Numbered from the stretch's first letter, positions 9,466 through 19,530 are shown. The stretch: 20,000 nucleotides of DNA from Chiloscyllium plagiosum (GCF_004010195.1 NC_057718.1:7538217-7558216), one strand, 5' to 3'. The notes: a model not told the origin generated them from the sequence alone. Program-made: numbers and translations.

Positions 9466-9560
9466 GCTCTCTCTCCTTGGATGCTGCCCGACCCGCAGTG
9501 ATCTCCAGCATTTTTTTGTTTTCAATACAGATTCCAGTATGTGCAGCAATTTGCTCCTAT
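9425..9560 (+). mobile_element. HHR-bearing mini-element, family B variant
   Basis: HHR at the 5' end, then gatgctgcccgacccgcagtgatctccagca...ttccagtatgtgcag, shared with 17360-17440. Confidence 0.7.
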
Positions 9561-9974
9561 GGACACCAATTATCTGACCAGCTGGATAACCAAAAGAGAA
9601 AATAAATAATTTTTGTGTTGATAAAGCATCCTTCACGACCTTGATGTGTTTTAGCGGCCAATGAGAAGTGCAGCTGCACAATGTAAAAATGCACTTTCAA
9701 GTTTAAGCATTGACATTCAGCATTGCCTTCCAATGGACAGAGATTCTTTGCAAACCAGCCTGGGATGAAGAAGTGAAGACTATATGAGGAGTGTCCATGG
9801 TGTATTCTTGGAGAGCATTTGGCTTAAGCTTTGTACGAATGCACATCAAAATACTTCACAGTCTACAAGAAAGAACTGGGGCGAGTCACTTTATATTATC
9901 ACTTGAAAGCTTAAGCAATGGAATTGATAGAAACAAGAAATGAAAGAATGAAACTGGCAAATAGAAAATAAGCC

Positions 9975-10400
9975 ATTCGACAACCAGGCAGAAAACTAGC
10001 CACCAGGATACATGAACATCAACTAGCCACAAAAAGACATGACCCTCTCTCACTAGTATCCTTACAGATGAGGAAGGACACCACTTCGACTGGGACAATA
10101 CGTCCATCCTAGGACAAGCCAAACAGAGAATTCCTAGAAGCATGGCATTGCAACCAGAACTCTATCAACAAACGCATTGACTTGGATCCCACCTACCACC
10201 CCCTGAGAAAAAGAACAGGAAATGCCATCACCAATACAGGAAATGACATCACCAACCCAAAGAAACCTAAGCACATAAACAGAAAGCAGGCCATTCACCA
10301 GTGCTTCAGCCGGGGGCTCGCTGATGATGTTACGTAGTATGGTGATGAAACGTCTGAAAACGAAATTTCCAGCTCAGTGAGCAAACTTACATCCAGAAAA
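9975..10400 (+). mobile_element. Penelope-like retroelement 3' fragment (family C): GIY-YIG endonuclease remnant and pLTR
   Basis: Translates with frameshifts to IRQPGRKLATRIHEHQLATKRHDPLSLVS...EEGHHFDWDNTSILGQAKQR..EFLEAWH.NQNSINKRIDLDP, carrying the Penelope endonuclease motifs (Y)IGQT.R.L..RI.EH, HFDW and LEA..N. Confidence 0.9.
10318..10357 (+). ncRNA. Minimal type-I hammerhead ribozyme in Penelope pLTR, intact core
   Basis: UCG-CUGAUGA-U-GUUAC-GUAGUAUG-GUGAU-GAAA-C-GUC^UGA; canonical GUC site and ACGU palindrome, but stems weakened by G.U pairs. Confidence 0.75.
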
Positions 10401-10735
10401 TCAACCAGATGCTTGAGAGGTTAGGAGCTAAAGTCGTGGAATTCTGCATTGATGTGAGGACTATAAAGAGCATAGTTGGAGGATAGGTAGTTTGTCAAAT
10501 TTCCATTGAGCTTCCTTTGTACGCTAGAAGGCTGAGGGCAGAAAGGGCCTTCTAGAAGGAAAGTAGAGAATTGAAAAGACAAGCAGCTCGAGAAAACCAT
10601 GTCACGAGCAATGCATACAGTATATTAATGAAAAGTATAAGTAAATCATTATTTTACCTGGAAGAAGTATTAGGAACCTTGATGGTGATTAGAAAGAGGT
10701 AAAAAGCAGGGATTCTGCCTCCTGTGCTTGTGTGG

Positions 10736-10800
10736 AGCTAATACTTTCATCAAATAAACCTGTTGGATTATAACCTGGTGTTGTGATTTTTTTTTTTTAA
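10736..10800 (+). mobile_element. Fragment of family A HHR mini-element
   Basis: agcta...aaataaacctgttggattataacctggtgttgtgattttt matches about 7291-7348. Confidence 0.75.
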
Positions 10801-10853
10801 TTGTCTGGAGAAAGGCTACAGGAAGGGACTTGGCATTTACCATGATTAAATAA

Positions 10854-11000
10854 AAGACAAAAAAACTACAGATACTGGAATCCAAAGTAGACAGGCCAGA
10901 GACTGGAAGAACGCAGCAAACCAGGCAGCATCAGGAGGTGGAGAAATCAACATTTCAAGGTGTAGCGCTTGGGTTCCACCCGAAACATCTCCACCTCCTG
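10854..11000. mobile_element. Family B mini-element: minus arm 10854-10968 and inverted plus arm 10971-11000
   Basis: Plus arm gggt-tcc-accc-gaaac (HHR stem II and GAAAC), then tctccacctcctgat, the reverse complement of atcaggaggtggaga; TSD atgattaaataa (10842-10853) vs ataattaaataa (11001-11012). Confidence 0.75.
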
Positions 11001-11024
11001 ATAATTAAATAATATGTCAGGGTC

Positions 11025-11130
11025 TAGGGAGGGAATTGTTCCTTTTGGAATACTGGGATGAGGGGGAAAATGTATTTGGTGACATCACATTGCAGGTGGT
11101 GGAAATGACAGAAGACAATCCATTGAATAG
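11025..11130 (-). mobile_element. Penelope-like ORF fragment (RT-endonuclease linker region)
   Basis: IQWIVFCHFHHLQCDVTKYIFP resembles the I..II.RHF..LQ.D....IFP linker of vertebrate Penelope elements; from memory. Confidence 0.55.
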
Positions 11131-12107
11131 TGATTCTGTGCTCAATTAATACTATTGCCATGCTCTCTGCTTCTATATGCACATATCCTTTCTGGTTCTG
11201 AATTATTCCCAATCCTTTTTTTTACTACTCTTGGTATTTATAAATTTTAAAATGAACTTTTAAATTCACATTTATGTGCACTGCCATTCTTCTGTTATCT
11301 GCTATGTTTGTCTTTTTTTTTAGCCCTTTCCCCTCTGAACTTTATGTAGTCTGCTTAGTTCTCCTTTGTATTAACAGCATGGTATATATCTAATAGAGTC
11401 AGATGAAGCAGGAAGAGAGGCTGCTATCTCTTTTGTTAACTAGTGGCTTTGGGTCGCCCATTGTCTTTCTTTGCTCTCCACTCCCCTGGTCTTGTGTGTA
11501 CGAGGTTTGGGAGAAAGGTTTCTGATGCTGATGGGTCATCCTCCTGGAGTGGGAGCATTAGAAACCTTTTTTTGTGTAGAATATTTCCAACTGTGAGTGT
11601 GCACTTCTCAGTGAAATCTGTTGCAAAAAAGTCGAAGCTGTTTGTTAACTGGGTACCGAGTCCTTCAGAATCGAATGAATGTACTTGTTTTTTACTCTCT
11701 GTTCTTGTCAAGCTACCCTGGGATTAGTGATTTTTTTGCTTACGCGTGGAAGTGAGATTTTCCATACCAGTGCTACAAACGCATGTACACGTGTCTCACT
11801 TCGAGTTATTTACATTGCTGCTGCTGTGCTGCTAAATTCCAGTTTGATTGTCAACACCTCTTCCCTTCTCTCTCCTCTTCCCATGTTTTTTTTATCAGAA
11901 AGTGTTTGCCTTGAAGTTTGGATCACATTTAACTTTCATTCCGATGACAGCGTCCAAGCGCTTTTGCAGGTTTTACAGCTCAGTTCTGGATTATTTCACG
12001 TCTGATACATTTTTGATAAAGATGCAAGTCTGAATTTTGCCCCGGGAGCTACGACTGAAAGGGCAGGTGCTAGGGGCTGAAATTGGAGAAATGCAAAATG
12101 CTCAGAT

Positions 12108-12722
12108 CCAGGTTCAGCAGGTGATAGGGAAGGCAAGTGAAATATTGGCCTTTCTTTCTTTCAAAGGGAACAGATTGTGAAAATAGAAAGCTCTTGCTAA
12201 ACTAGACAAGGGACTAGTCAGACTGCAGCTGGAATATTGTGACCAGTTTTGGCTTCCTTATCCAAGGGAAGATATATTGGTATTTGAGAAGGTTCACTAG
12301 GGTAATAGAAGGTATGAGGAGAAGTTGAGTAGGTTGGGCCCGTACGTATTGGAGTTTAGGAGGATGAGAGGAGACCTTATTGAAAGAAACAAAATTCTTA
12401 GGATCTTGACAGGTAAAGATGTTTCCCCCGTGAGAGAGTCGAAGACCAGAGGGTATCATCGCAGAGTAAGGATCAGATAAGGAGGAATTTCCTTTCCCAA
12501 ATGGGAGTAAGTCTGTGGAATTCTTGATGGCAGAAGGTTTTAAAGGCTGGGTCATTAAGAGTATTCAGGGCTGAAATGGACAGATTTTTCATCAGGAATG
12601 GAACCAAGGGATATGGGGAGAAGGCAGGAGAATTGAGGAATATCAGATCAGCCATGATCTCATTTAGTGGCAGAATATACTCAATGGGCTGAATGGTCAG
12701 TTTCTGCTCCTATATCTTTATA
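12108..12722 (+). mobile_element. CR1/HER1-like LINE 3' fragment
   Basis: Encodes LYKGLVRLQLEYCDQFWLPY-like and LEFRRMRGDLIE motifs; tail gggctgaatggtcagtttctgctcctatatct. Confidence 0.9.
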
Positions 12723-13460
12723 ATTTTTTAAAATAATAGTCACCTAACTGGAAATTAATGAGTTGATTTCTGCTGGAGCTATCTGGGATGTCTTGGGTCG
12801 ATTCACTGATCGGTCTTGCTGGTTTTAGTCCAGGATACAATGTGGGGAAGAATGTCCATATGAAACCTTGGGTAGAAGCTAGTCTCAGTAAAATAGGTTA
12901 TATTTGTTCCATGTTACTCAGCAGCTATTGCATTTGAGGTGGCCTCTTGAGGGTCATCATGCTGAGCATAAGGGTAGGTTCACATTAATACTTCAACTAT
13001 GTGCTGTTAATATTGAAGCACTGTGTGCTATCTAGTCAACATGTGGAGAACTCATTGACTCCTCCCATAAGTAGTCCCGTTGATCATGACGGGCAGGTCT
13101 TGTAATGTCAGTTCAGGTACTAACTGCCTAATGCAGCAGTTTTATTTTATTTTGAGAGGTATAAGATGTCTTTTTCTGGTGATCAATGTAATAGCTGTCT
13201 TTGTATTCTGATGTAAATTTGTCAGGATGAAATATGAGAGGTTAGTGAGTTGCTACAAGTTCTTCCTTCAGTGTAAAGAGCAACATTGCTGAATTTGGAA
13301 TTCATAGAATCGTACAATACAGGCCTTTTGGCCCATTGAGAACTGCAGAGTTTTATTCCTTTACTGTGCCTCTGGTCTTATAAGAAAGCTTCTTCTGAAT
13401 AAAAGATTAAAGCACGCATAGATTACACAGTCAATGAAACAATGCATTAACCCACATGAC

Positions 13461-14333
13461 TGTGAAAGGACTGTATCTTTTTATTTTTTTCGTTTTGTAG
13501 GGGCTGAAATGAAAGAGCTGTTTTTTAAAACTAGTATTTAAAAGTGGCTGTATTTTTGAAAGCAAGTAAGCTGCCAGGGATTGTGTGAACAATGGCTGAA
13601 GCAAGCAGCCATCCAAGTTTAATTGAGAGCCCAGGGTGATATTGACCCCAAGGTGTTAGCTGGTGTCATTTTGCAATGGTACAAATTGATGTTGATTTGG
13701 TCTATGGACTAGTGATCAGTTGACCTGCCAACCGACTGTATAATTAATTCTTGGGTAACTAAACAATTTGGAGTTGAAAGCATGTGTAGGAAGAAGGAAA
13801 AGTTCTTCCCTGGCTTAGGAGCAGTCTCTCTGTTCTCCGCAGTTCAAAACTCATTGTAAACCTGACACAAAACAGTTTATTTTTGCAGCAGTTGTAACCA
13901 GTGATTTTGTCTGGATAAGGCAGAGACCTTTCATGAGAGATCTGGCCACCTTGTGTCTCTTTCCAAACTGTGGAGGTATCTAGAGAAAGATGACTGAAAC
14001 AAGGTGCTGGCCCCAGAAGAGTCATGAAGATCATGTCAACAACTGAATTCTCTTTTCAGTTTTCACCCTTCCTATGTGTTATGGGTGGTTTATAAGGGGG
14101 TCAGCTTTTTAATTAATTGTGTTTTATTCTGACAGTTTAACTGTAGTTAGAGTCCGGTTTTTGCAATAAATAGTATTGTTCAGTCCAAATACTTGGATGA
14201 TACTTTTCATCAACCTTGGTGTGAAAATTTGGTGAATTAGGGAAGTTTACATATTTTTAAACATGTTTAACTTTTGTTATTTTAGGAACAGAGGGGTTAG
14301 CTTTCTGTTGTGTTACTGAAGTGAATTGTAACA
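13461..14333 (+). mobile_element. Putative solo LTR (about 870 bp)
   Basis: Termini TGTGAAA...TGTAACA, internal AATAAA near 14165, flanked by atga-c and g-atga; no coding signal. Confidence 0.45.
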
Positions 14334-14525
14334 GATGAGATGTTACTGATAGCTTTTCTTCCTTTTAGCCAGTTGACGTCCCTGTATTGTGCCAGGAGAT
14401 CAGATGCACTTGTGCAAAGGAGGAAGAGAGTATTCACTTTGATGTGGTGGTATTTAGGAACTCTGATTTTTAATCTCTTGTCACTGCTGGTGGTATGAAT
14501 ATGCAGTGTTAGTGTTGATGAATTC

Positions 14526-14611
14526 CGGATGAAGGGCTTTTGCCTATTTTCCTGCTCCTCGGATGCTGCCTGACCTGCTGTGCTTTTCCAGAACCACTCT
14601 GACCTAAACCC
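14526..14611 (+). mobile_element. Family B HHR mini-element with inactivated ribozyme
   Basis: cggatga-a-gggc-tttt-gcc then deletion of GAAAC-GUC, then cctgctcctcggatgctgcc; exact 11-bp TSD ttgatgaattc at 14515-14525 and 14612-14622. Confidence 0.8.
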
Positions 14612-15226
14612 TTGATGAATTCTGGGTCAAGGAAAACACTTAATGGACTCAGAGTCATGAATCTTCCGCTGTGCTGGACACAAGTTGAAATGGATTCTGG
14701 TTGGGAGCTGGGACGTGATGTAGCTGTGGTCTAAAGGGCACAGTCTTTGCATTCCCATGACCCACTGTCCTCCTGGGCATTTTAGATGGGAGTTTAGTGC
14801 CCTTGAGTACTGGTTGACTTGCCAGTGCTGTGTACCACTTGGATCTGGATTGTAATTTTCTTACGGTTCGTCCAGAGCGGAAAAGCTTTATTCACTTCTG
14901 CCTGATGTGACTTTGCAATGGTATAAGTTATGCCAGCTCACCAAATCATTTATGAGGGTTGTGCATCTTTCAAATGAAGACAGCCAAAATTATCAAATGG
15001 ATTCAGATGAAGGAAGATTTGTTGAGCCATTCCAGTCCCATCCTTTTCCATTATTATTTTTCAACATTGGCCAGACTTAGGTTCCTTTTTTTATTATTAC
15101 TAAGGAAAGGAATCAAGGAGACAGGCTCTCCATTGCATACCACAATGTCAGAGTGACAGCACTGGTGTGTCATGAGATGCTGAAAGACTTGTGTGTAACT
15201 TGAAGCTTCAGTGAAGAGTAATGTGA

Positions 15227-15520
15227 GTGGCTCAGTGGTTAGCCACTGCTGCCTCACACCACCAGGGAGACGGGTTCCATTCCACCCTCAGGTGACTGTC
15301 TGTGTGTGGAGCTTCCACATTATGCTCGTGCCTGTGTGGATTTGCTCTGGTTTCCTCCCAAAGTCTAAAGATGTGCTGGTTTGGGTGGATTGGCCACGCT
15401 AAATTGTCAAGGGAAGTGCAGTCTACGTGGATTAGCTGTGGGAAATGCAGGGTTACAGGGTAGGGAGGTGGGTCTGGGAGGCATGCAGTTTGAAGTGTTG
15501 GTGTGGATTTGACGGGCTGG
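15227..15520 (+). mobile_element. HE1-like SINE, diverged
   Basis: gtggctcagtggttagccactgctgcctcac head and ttcctcccaaagtctaaagatgtgc...ggattggccacgctaaattg core. Confidence 0.85.
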
Positions 15521-15534
15521 AGCGATTCTGTGAA

Positions 15535-15870
15535 GACATCTCTCCTCTTCTGTTCAAAGTGGCTTCTGCCTCACTTTTTATTCCTTCCATCTGAACTTGT
15601 CCCCTCTGATTCGAGACTCCCCAACCAGGTGAACCCCCATCCGACCTGTGCACATCCTGCCATCTGTGTTTGGATCATTTGTAAGTCTTCAGTGAGATCG
15701 CCACCTCTCATTCGTCGAAACTCATGAGATAGGCCCGCGTTTTCCAAACTACTTTCCCAGAGGGCAGCCTGGCTATCCTCGTGTCAAGTCTAGACAAATC
15801 TCATGACCCTTCCACAGGCAATAAACTCCTTCCAAAGGTAAGGAGACCAAAACTGTACACTGTCCTATAG
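15535..15870 (-). mobile_element. Old CR1-like fragment
   Basis: gagatcgccacctctcatt (RGDL region on the reverse strand) and ccaaaactgtacactg (LxYCVQFW region on the reverse strand). Confidence 0.6.
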
Positions 15871-16255
15871 TTTCCATATAAGGTTGAGCCCCTCTCCTCC
15901 ATAACAACAACATTAGTACGCTCAATTACTGGCCAGACTTCGGCTTCCCTTTTGTTTTTATTGCTAGGGAAAGGGATCAAGTGAAATAATGTAAAATCCA
16001 TTATTATCTGCAGCGATTTTTCAGGTTTCTGGAGTGCCTGGAAAACCGTTTGGTATTTATTCCATGGTTGCTAGCTTTGTCATGTCGCCAAGGCGGTAAT
16101 TTTGGAGTTGGCACTGACACAGCAGCACTTGGGAGACCCCACAGGTTTCCAATGGAGTGAAGTCTGTTGCTGGAAAACAGACCGAGAAAGCACTCCAGCA
16201 ATCCATTTGGATGAGACACCTTTGTTTCTAGCCATGGATACAGCAGGCAGACTCA

Positions 16256-16640
16256 TGCAGTCATAGAGATGTACAGCACAGAAACAGACCCTTTGGTCCA
16301 ACCCGTCCATGCCAACCAGATCCTATGCCCTCTAGTTCTGAACTCCCCCACCCCAGGGAAAAGACTTTGTCTATTTACCCTATCCATGCCCCTCATGATT
16401 TTATAAACCTCTATAAGGTCACCCCTCTGCCTCTGACACTCAAAGGAAAACAGCCCAGCCTATCTAGCCTCTATAGCTCAAATCCTCCAACCCTAGCAAC
16501 ATCCTTATAAATCTTTTCTGAACCCTTTCAAGTTTCACAACATCCTTCTGACAGGACAAAATTGCATGCAATATTCCAAAAGTGGCCTAACTAATGTCCT
16601 GTACAGCCGCAACATGACTTCCTAACTCCTGTATTCAAGA
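16256..16640 (-). mobile_element. CR1/HER1-like 3' fragment with internal deletion
   Basis: Tail gtcatagagatgtacagcacagaaacagaccc; ataaacctctataaggtcacccctc is RGDLIEVYK on the reverse strand; homologous to 8700-8970. Confidence 0.9.
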
Positions 16641-16704
16641 CTTGTCCACCCTTGAGGCGGCACTATACTCAACTGATGACTTTGCTTGAACAACTTTAAA
16701 TCCA

Positions 16705-17165
16705 CTGAGAGAGGAGAGAAGCTGGAATTGTTCTCCTTTTAATCAGAAATGGTTCAGTGGAAAGATCTAATAAATTTCAGCGTTGGCATTTCCAGACATT
16801 TTAAGGGATCTGGGAAACCGACCCGTAGGAAGAAACGTTTTTCCCTTTAACACCATTTTGTTAGTATGATCTGAAAGGCTGATGGAAGCATTTTCAGTGA
16901 TCCCTGTTTGAAAAAAGATTTTGAAACTTGATTGGAAGAACATTTTAAGGGCAGTGGGCTAAGGGATAATGGTCCTTCCACATCTGGGTCTTTCCCACCA
17001 TTTACAAAGATCTACAGAGACCTCGTGAGGTGCAATGTCTGGAAGGTAGGGAATAGAGGGAAACAGAACATATGCAGGCAGATGGGATGTATTTAGAATG
17101 GCATCATGGTTAGTATAGACATGGTGGGCCGAAGGGCCTGTTCCTGTCCTGTGTTTTATACTTGT
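16705..17165 (+). mobile_element. Decayed CR1-like fragments ending in a 3' tail
   Basis: gagaagctggaattgttctcc (EKLELFS) start and tail atggtgggccgaagggcctgttcctg; may be two separate pieces. Confidence 0.55.
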
Positions 17166-17322
17166 GTGCATTGGATGAGATGGTCGCTGTGTTATTGTGA
17201 AGACATGGAAGGTACGACATCCATTCACCTTTTTTTTTTGGATGTTTCTATTTGCTCCCCTGGAAAGGTGGTGTTAGTCTTTCGTTGCCAATTCTCGTTC
17301 TTGCTGGACTCATCATATACCT

Positions 17323-17449
17323 GATTCCTCATGAAGGGCTTGTGCCCGAAATGTCGATTCTCCTGCTCCTCGGATACTGCCTGACCTTCTGTGCTTTTCC
17401 AGCACCACTCTCTTAGACTCTGATCTCCAGCATCTGCAGTCCTCACTTT
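17323..17449 (+). mobile_element. Family B HHR mini-element
   Basis: AUUC-CUCAUGA-A-GGGC-UUGU-GCCC-GAAA-U-GUC-GAUU (G5>C, C15.2>U); TSD tcatcatatacct (17310-17322) vs tcatcacatacct (17449-17461). Confidence 0.8.
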
Positions 17450-17884
17450 CATCACATACCTTGACCTATCTTACCCAATCGCATCCCTTTTCCACCCCAG
17501 TAACTAATCAATTAATGGGGAGTTGTTTGGTAGCAGTATGACTGAGAAAGGACACATTATTTTTGAAGCTTTTCATCTTGCACTCATTAGGACAATTTTG
17601 CAAGAATACCAATGAAAGGGAAAATCAATATTTATGCTGTATGGGAGGACATCATGGATTGGTTGGCAAGTCGACTCTGATACGTAAAGGCATTGTCATG
17701 GAGAATGCAGTAGTTGATGATGAGTGACAGTTAACCGCCAGGCTTTTTTTGGATTTCAAACCAGGCAGATTGACTCTGACTCTGATCGGTCAGGGCATTA
17801 GTCTGGGAAATGAACCAGTGAATAGTTGTCACCTAATTTTTTGAGTTAAACCAGACACTGTGTGTGTACATGCTCTTTCTTAGA

Positions 17885-18043
17885 GAGTCATACAGCAGGG
17901 AAACAGACCCTTCAGCCCAACCTGTCCATGTTAGCTAGGTTTCCTAAACTAAACTCGTCCCATTTTGCCTGCATTTGCTCCATATCCCTCTAAAACTTTC
18001 CTATCCATGTACTTGTCCAAATGTCTTTTAAACTTTGTAATTA
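17885..18043 (-). mobile_element. CR1/HER1-like 3' tail insertion
   Basis: Homologous to 6460-6580; TSD tctttcttaga (17874-17884) vs tctttgttaga (18044-18054). Confidence 0.85.
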
Positions 18044-18335
18044 TCTTTGTTAGATTAAGTAGCTACAGCGATAGGACAGCTAACGTAAACTTTCCTTAGG
18101 CCTCCAAGAAAACAAAAGAAATCTTTTAAAGTCTTCCCTTCCGTTATCCATAGTTTTAGATTGTGTAAGAATGCGAAAGGTTAGGCTTTATACTCTGAAA
18201 CTCCCACAATTAGCTCAACTCCCAGCATTTGCAAACTCTTGTTGGTTGCTTTCCATCTGCAAGGACTGGTCCCTTTGTATCGTAATGGGTATTGCTTTCA
18301 AGACCTGCAAATGTGTCACACTGCAAGCCTGATGC

Positions 18336-18565
18336 TTGGGTTTCCTTCGGATGCTCTGTTTTCCTCCCACAGTTCAAAGATGTGCAGGTTAGAGTGGATT
18401 GACCATGATAAATTGCCTATAGCGTTCAGGGATGTGCAGGCTCGATGGGTGAGGAAATGTAGGGTTACGGAAAATAGGCTGGGGCCTGGGTGGGATGCTC
18501 TTCAGAGGGTCAGTGTGGACACTATGGGTCGAATGGCCTCTTTCCGCACTGTAGGGATTCTATAA
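18336..18565 (+). mobile_element. HE1-like SINE, 5'-truncated
   Basis: ttcctcccacagttcaaagatgtgcagg core and tail tttccgcactgtagggattctat; reverse complement of 1061-1220. Confidence 0.9.
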
Positions 18566-18909
18566 TTATCCTGCAAATGTTGTCCAATTGCAGAATCACA
18601 TCCAGTATTAGACAGTGTGTTAGAGGATTTGCAAACATGAGTTTGTAGGGGGATATACTTTGCTCATTGTAGACAGCTGAAGGGATGTGCTATTTAATAC
18701 AATCCGCAAGACAAAAAGCTTCACCAAAATGCTTGCTTTTCAAATTAAAGAGTTCCAGGACAAAAATGCCCATGTTGTGTTTCTTTCCCCTTTGATGTTT
18801 CTACGAGTTCATCGGTAGCAGTGACCAGGAGACTCCAGGTTACACTGGTGTCCCCAGGACCTTCTGACTCAAGCTGGACTAAGTACACAAGGAAGAGAGG
18901 AATCGAAAG

Positions 18910-19025
18910 ATAGATATTTTTCTGATCAACTTGTTCAGAGATGTGATTACTCACTTCTGGAGTAGGTGGGACTTGAACTTGGACCTCCTGTCTCAGAGTT
19001 AGGGACGCTAACACTGGGGCACTTT
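18910..19025 (-). mobile_element. Short tRNA-derived SINE or tRNA pseudogene-like head
   Basis: Reverse complement gcccagtgttagcgtccctaactctgagacaggaggtccaagttcaagtcccacc has A-box and B-box-like elements. Confidence 0.6.
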
Positions 19026-19500
19026 AAGCAGTTGCATTTATTGCCAAAATGCAGGATTGAGCTAGTAGTCTTTCAGATCATCAGTCGAACGCACTGCAGA
19101 GAGCTATTTCTGCTATGCTGTTGGGTTGAGGCGGAGAAAGAGTGGATGGAGGCTTGAGAGATTCTTATGTACTGGAGTAGCCCAGTAGGGTGGAATGGCC
19201 TGTGCTAGTTCTGCAAGTTCTATTGAATGAATCAATTAGATGAGGTGGGAATGAGACTGTACAGACTGTTCTCGGTGTCAAATAGGGCTTCATACAGAAG
19301 GTGATATGTTGTTACATGAGATTCTACTGGAACAGCAAAGCATAAATAAAAAACAACAGTACTTCCAAACTCCCAGAGCATCAGTCACCAGAGGGAGATG
19401 AAAGTGGTCAATTTGTTTCTGACTTTTTTTTGTTAGTTTTTAAATGAAGTATTTAACTCAAGGAATCCATAAAATTCTGCTTCTTGCTAATCACTGCCTA

Positions 19501-19530
19501 ACACACACGCGCAAACACAGACACACACAC
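19501..19530. repeat. Interrupted (CA)n microsatellite
   Basis: acacacacgcgcaaacacagacacacacac. Confidence 0.85.

Larger units (their letters stand above)
17530..18745 (-). mobile_element. Penelope-like element (family D) interrupted by three younger insertions
   Basis: Minus strand 18710-18571 gives LADCIK*HIPSAV...CDSAIGQHL (endonuclease motifs); decayed HHR at 17560-17596 (UUGUC-CUAAUGA-GU-GCAAG-AU-GAAA-AGCU-UC); inverted pLTR piece gcaagacaaaaagcttc from about 18706. Confidence 0.75.

Noticed and set aside
9963..10407. 13-bp TSD around the family C Penelope (agaaaataagcca / agaaaatcaacca)
   Set aside because: Two mismatches, and the right copy may be element-derived, so it was not counted
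16017..16160. Exon after tttttcag at 16024
   Set aside because: Short pyrimidine tract, weak donors and no recognisable peptide in either open frame
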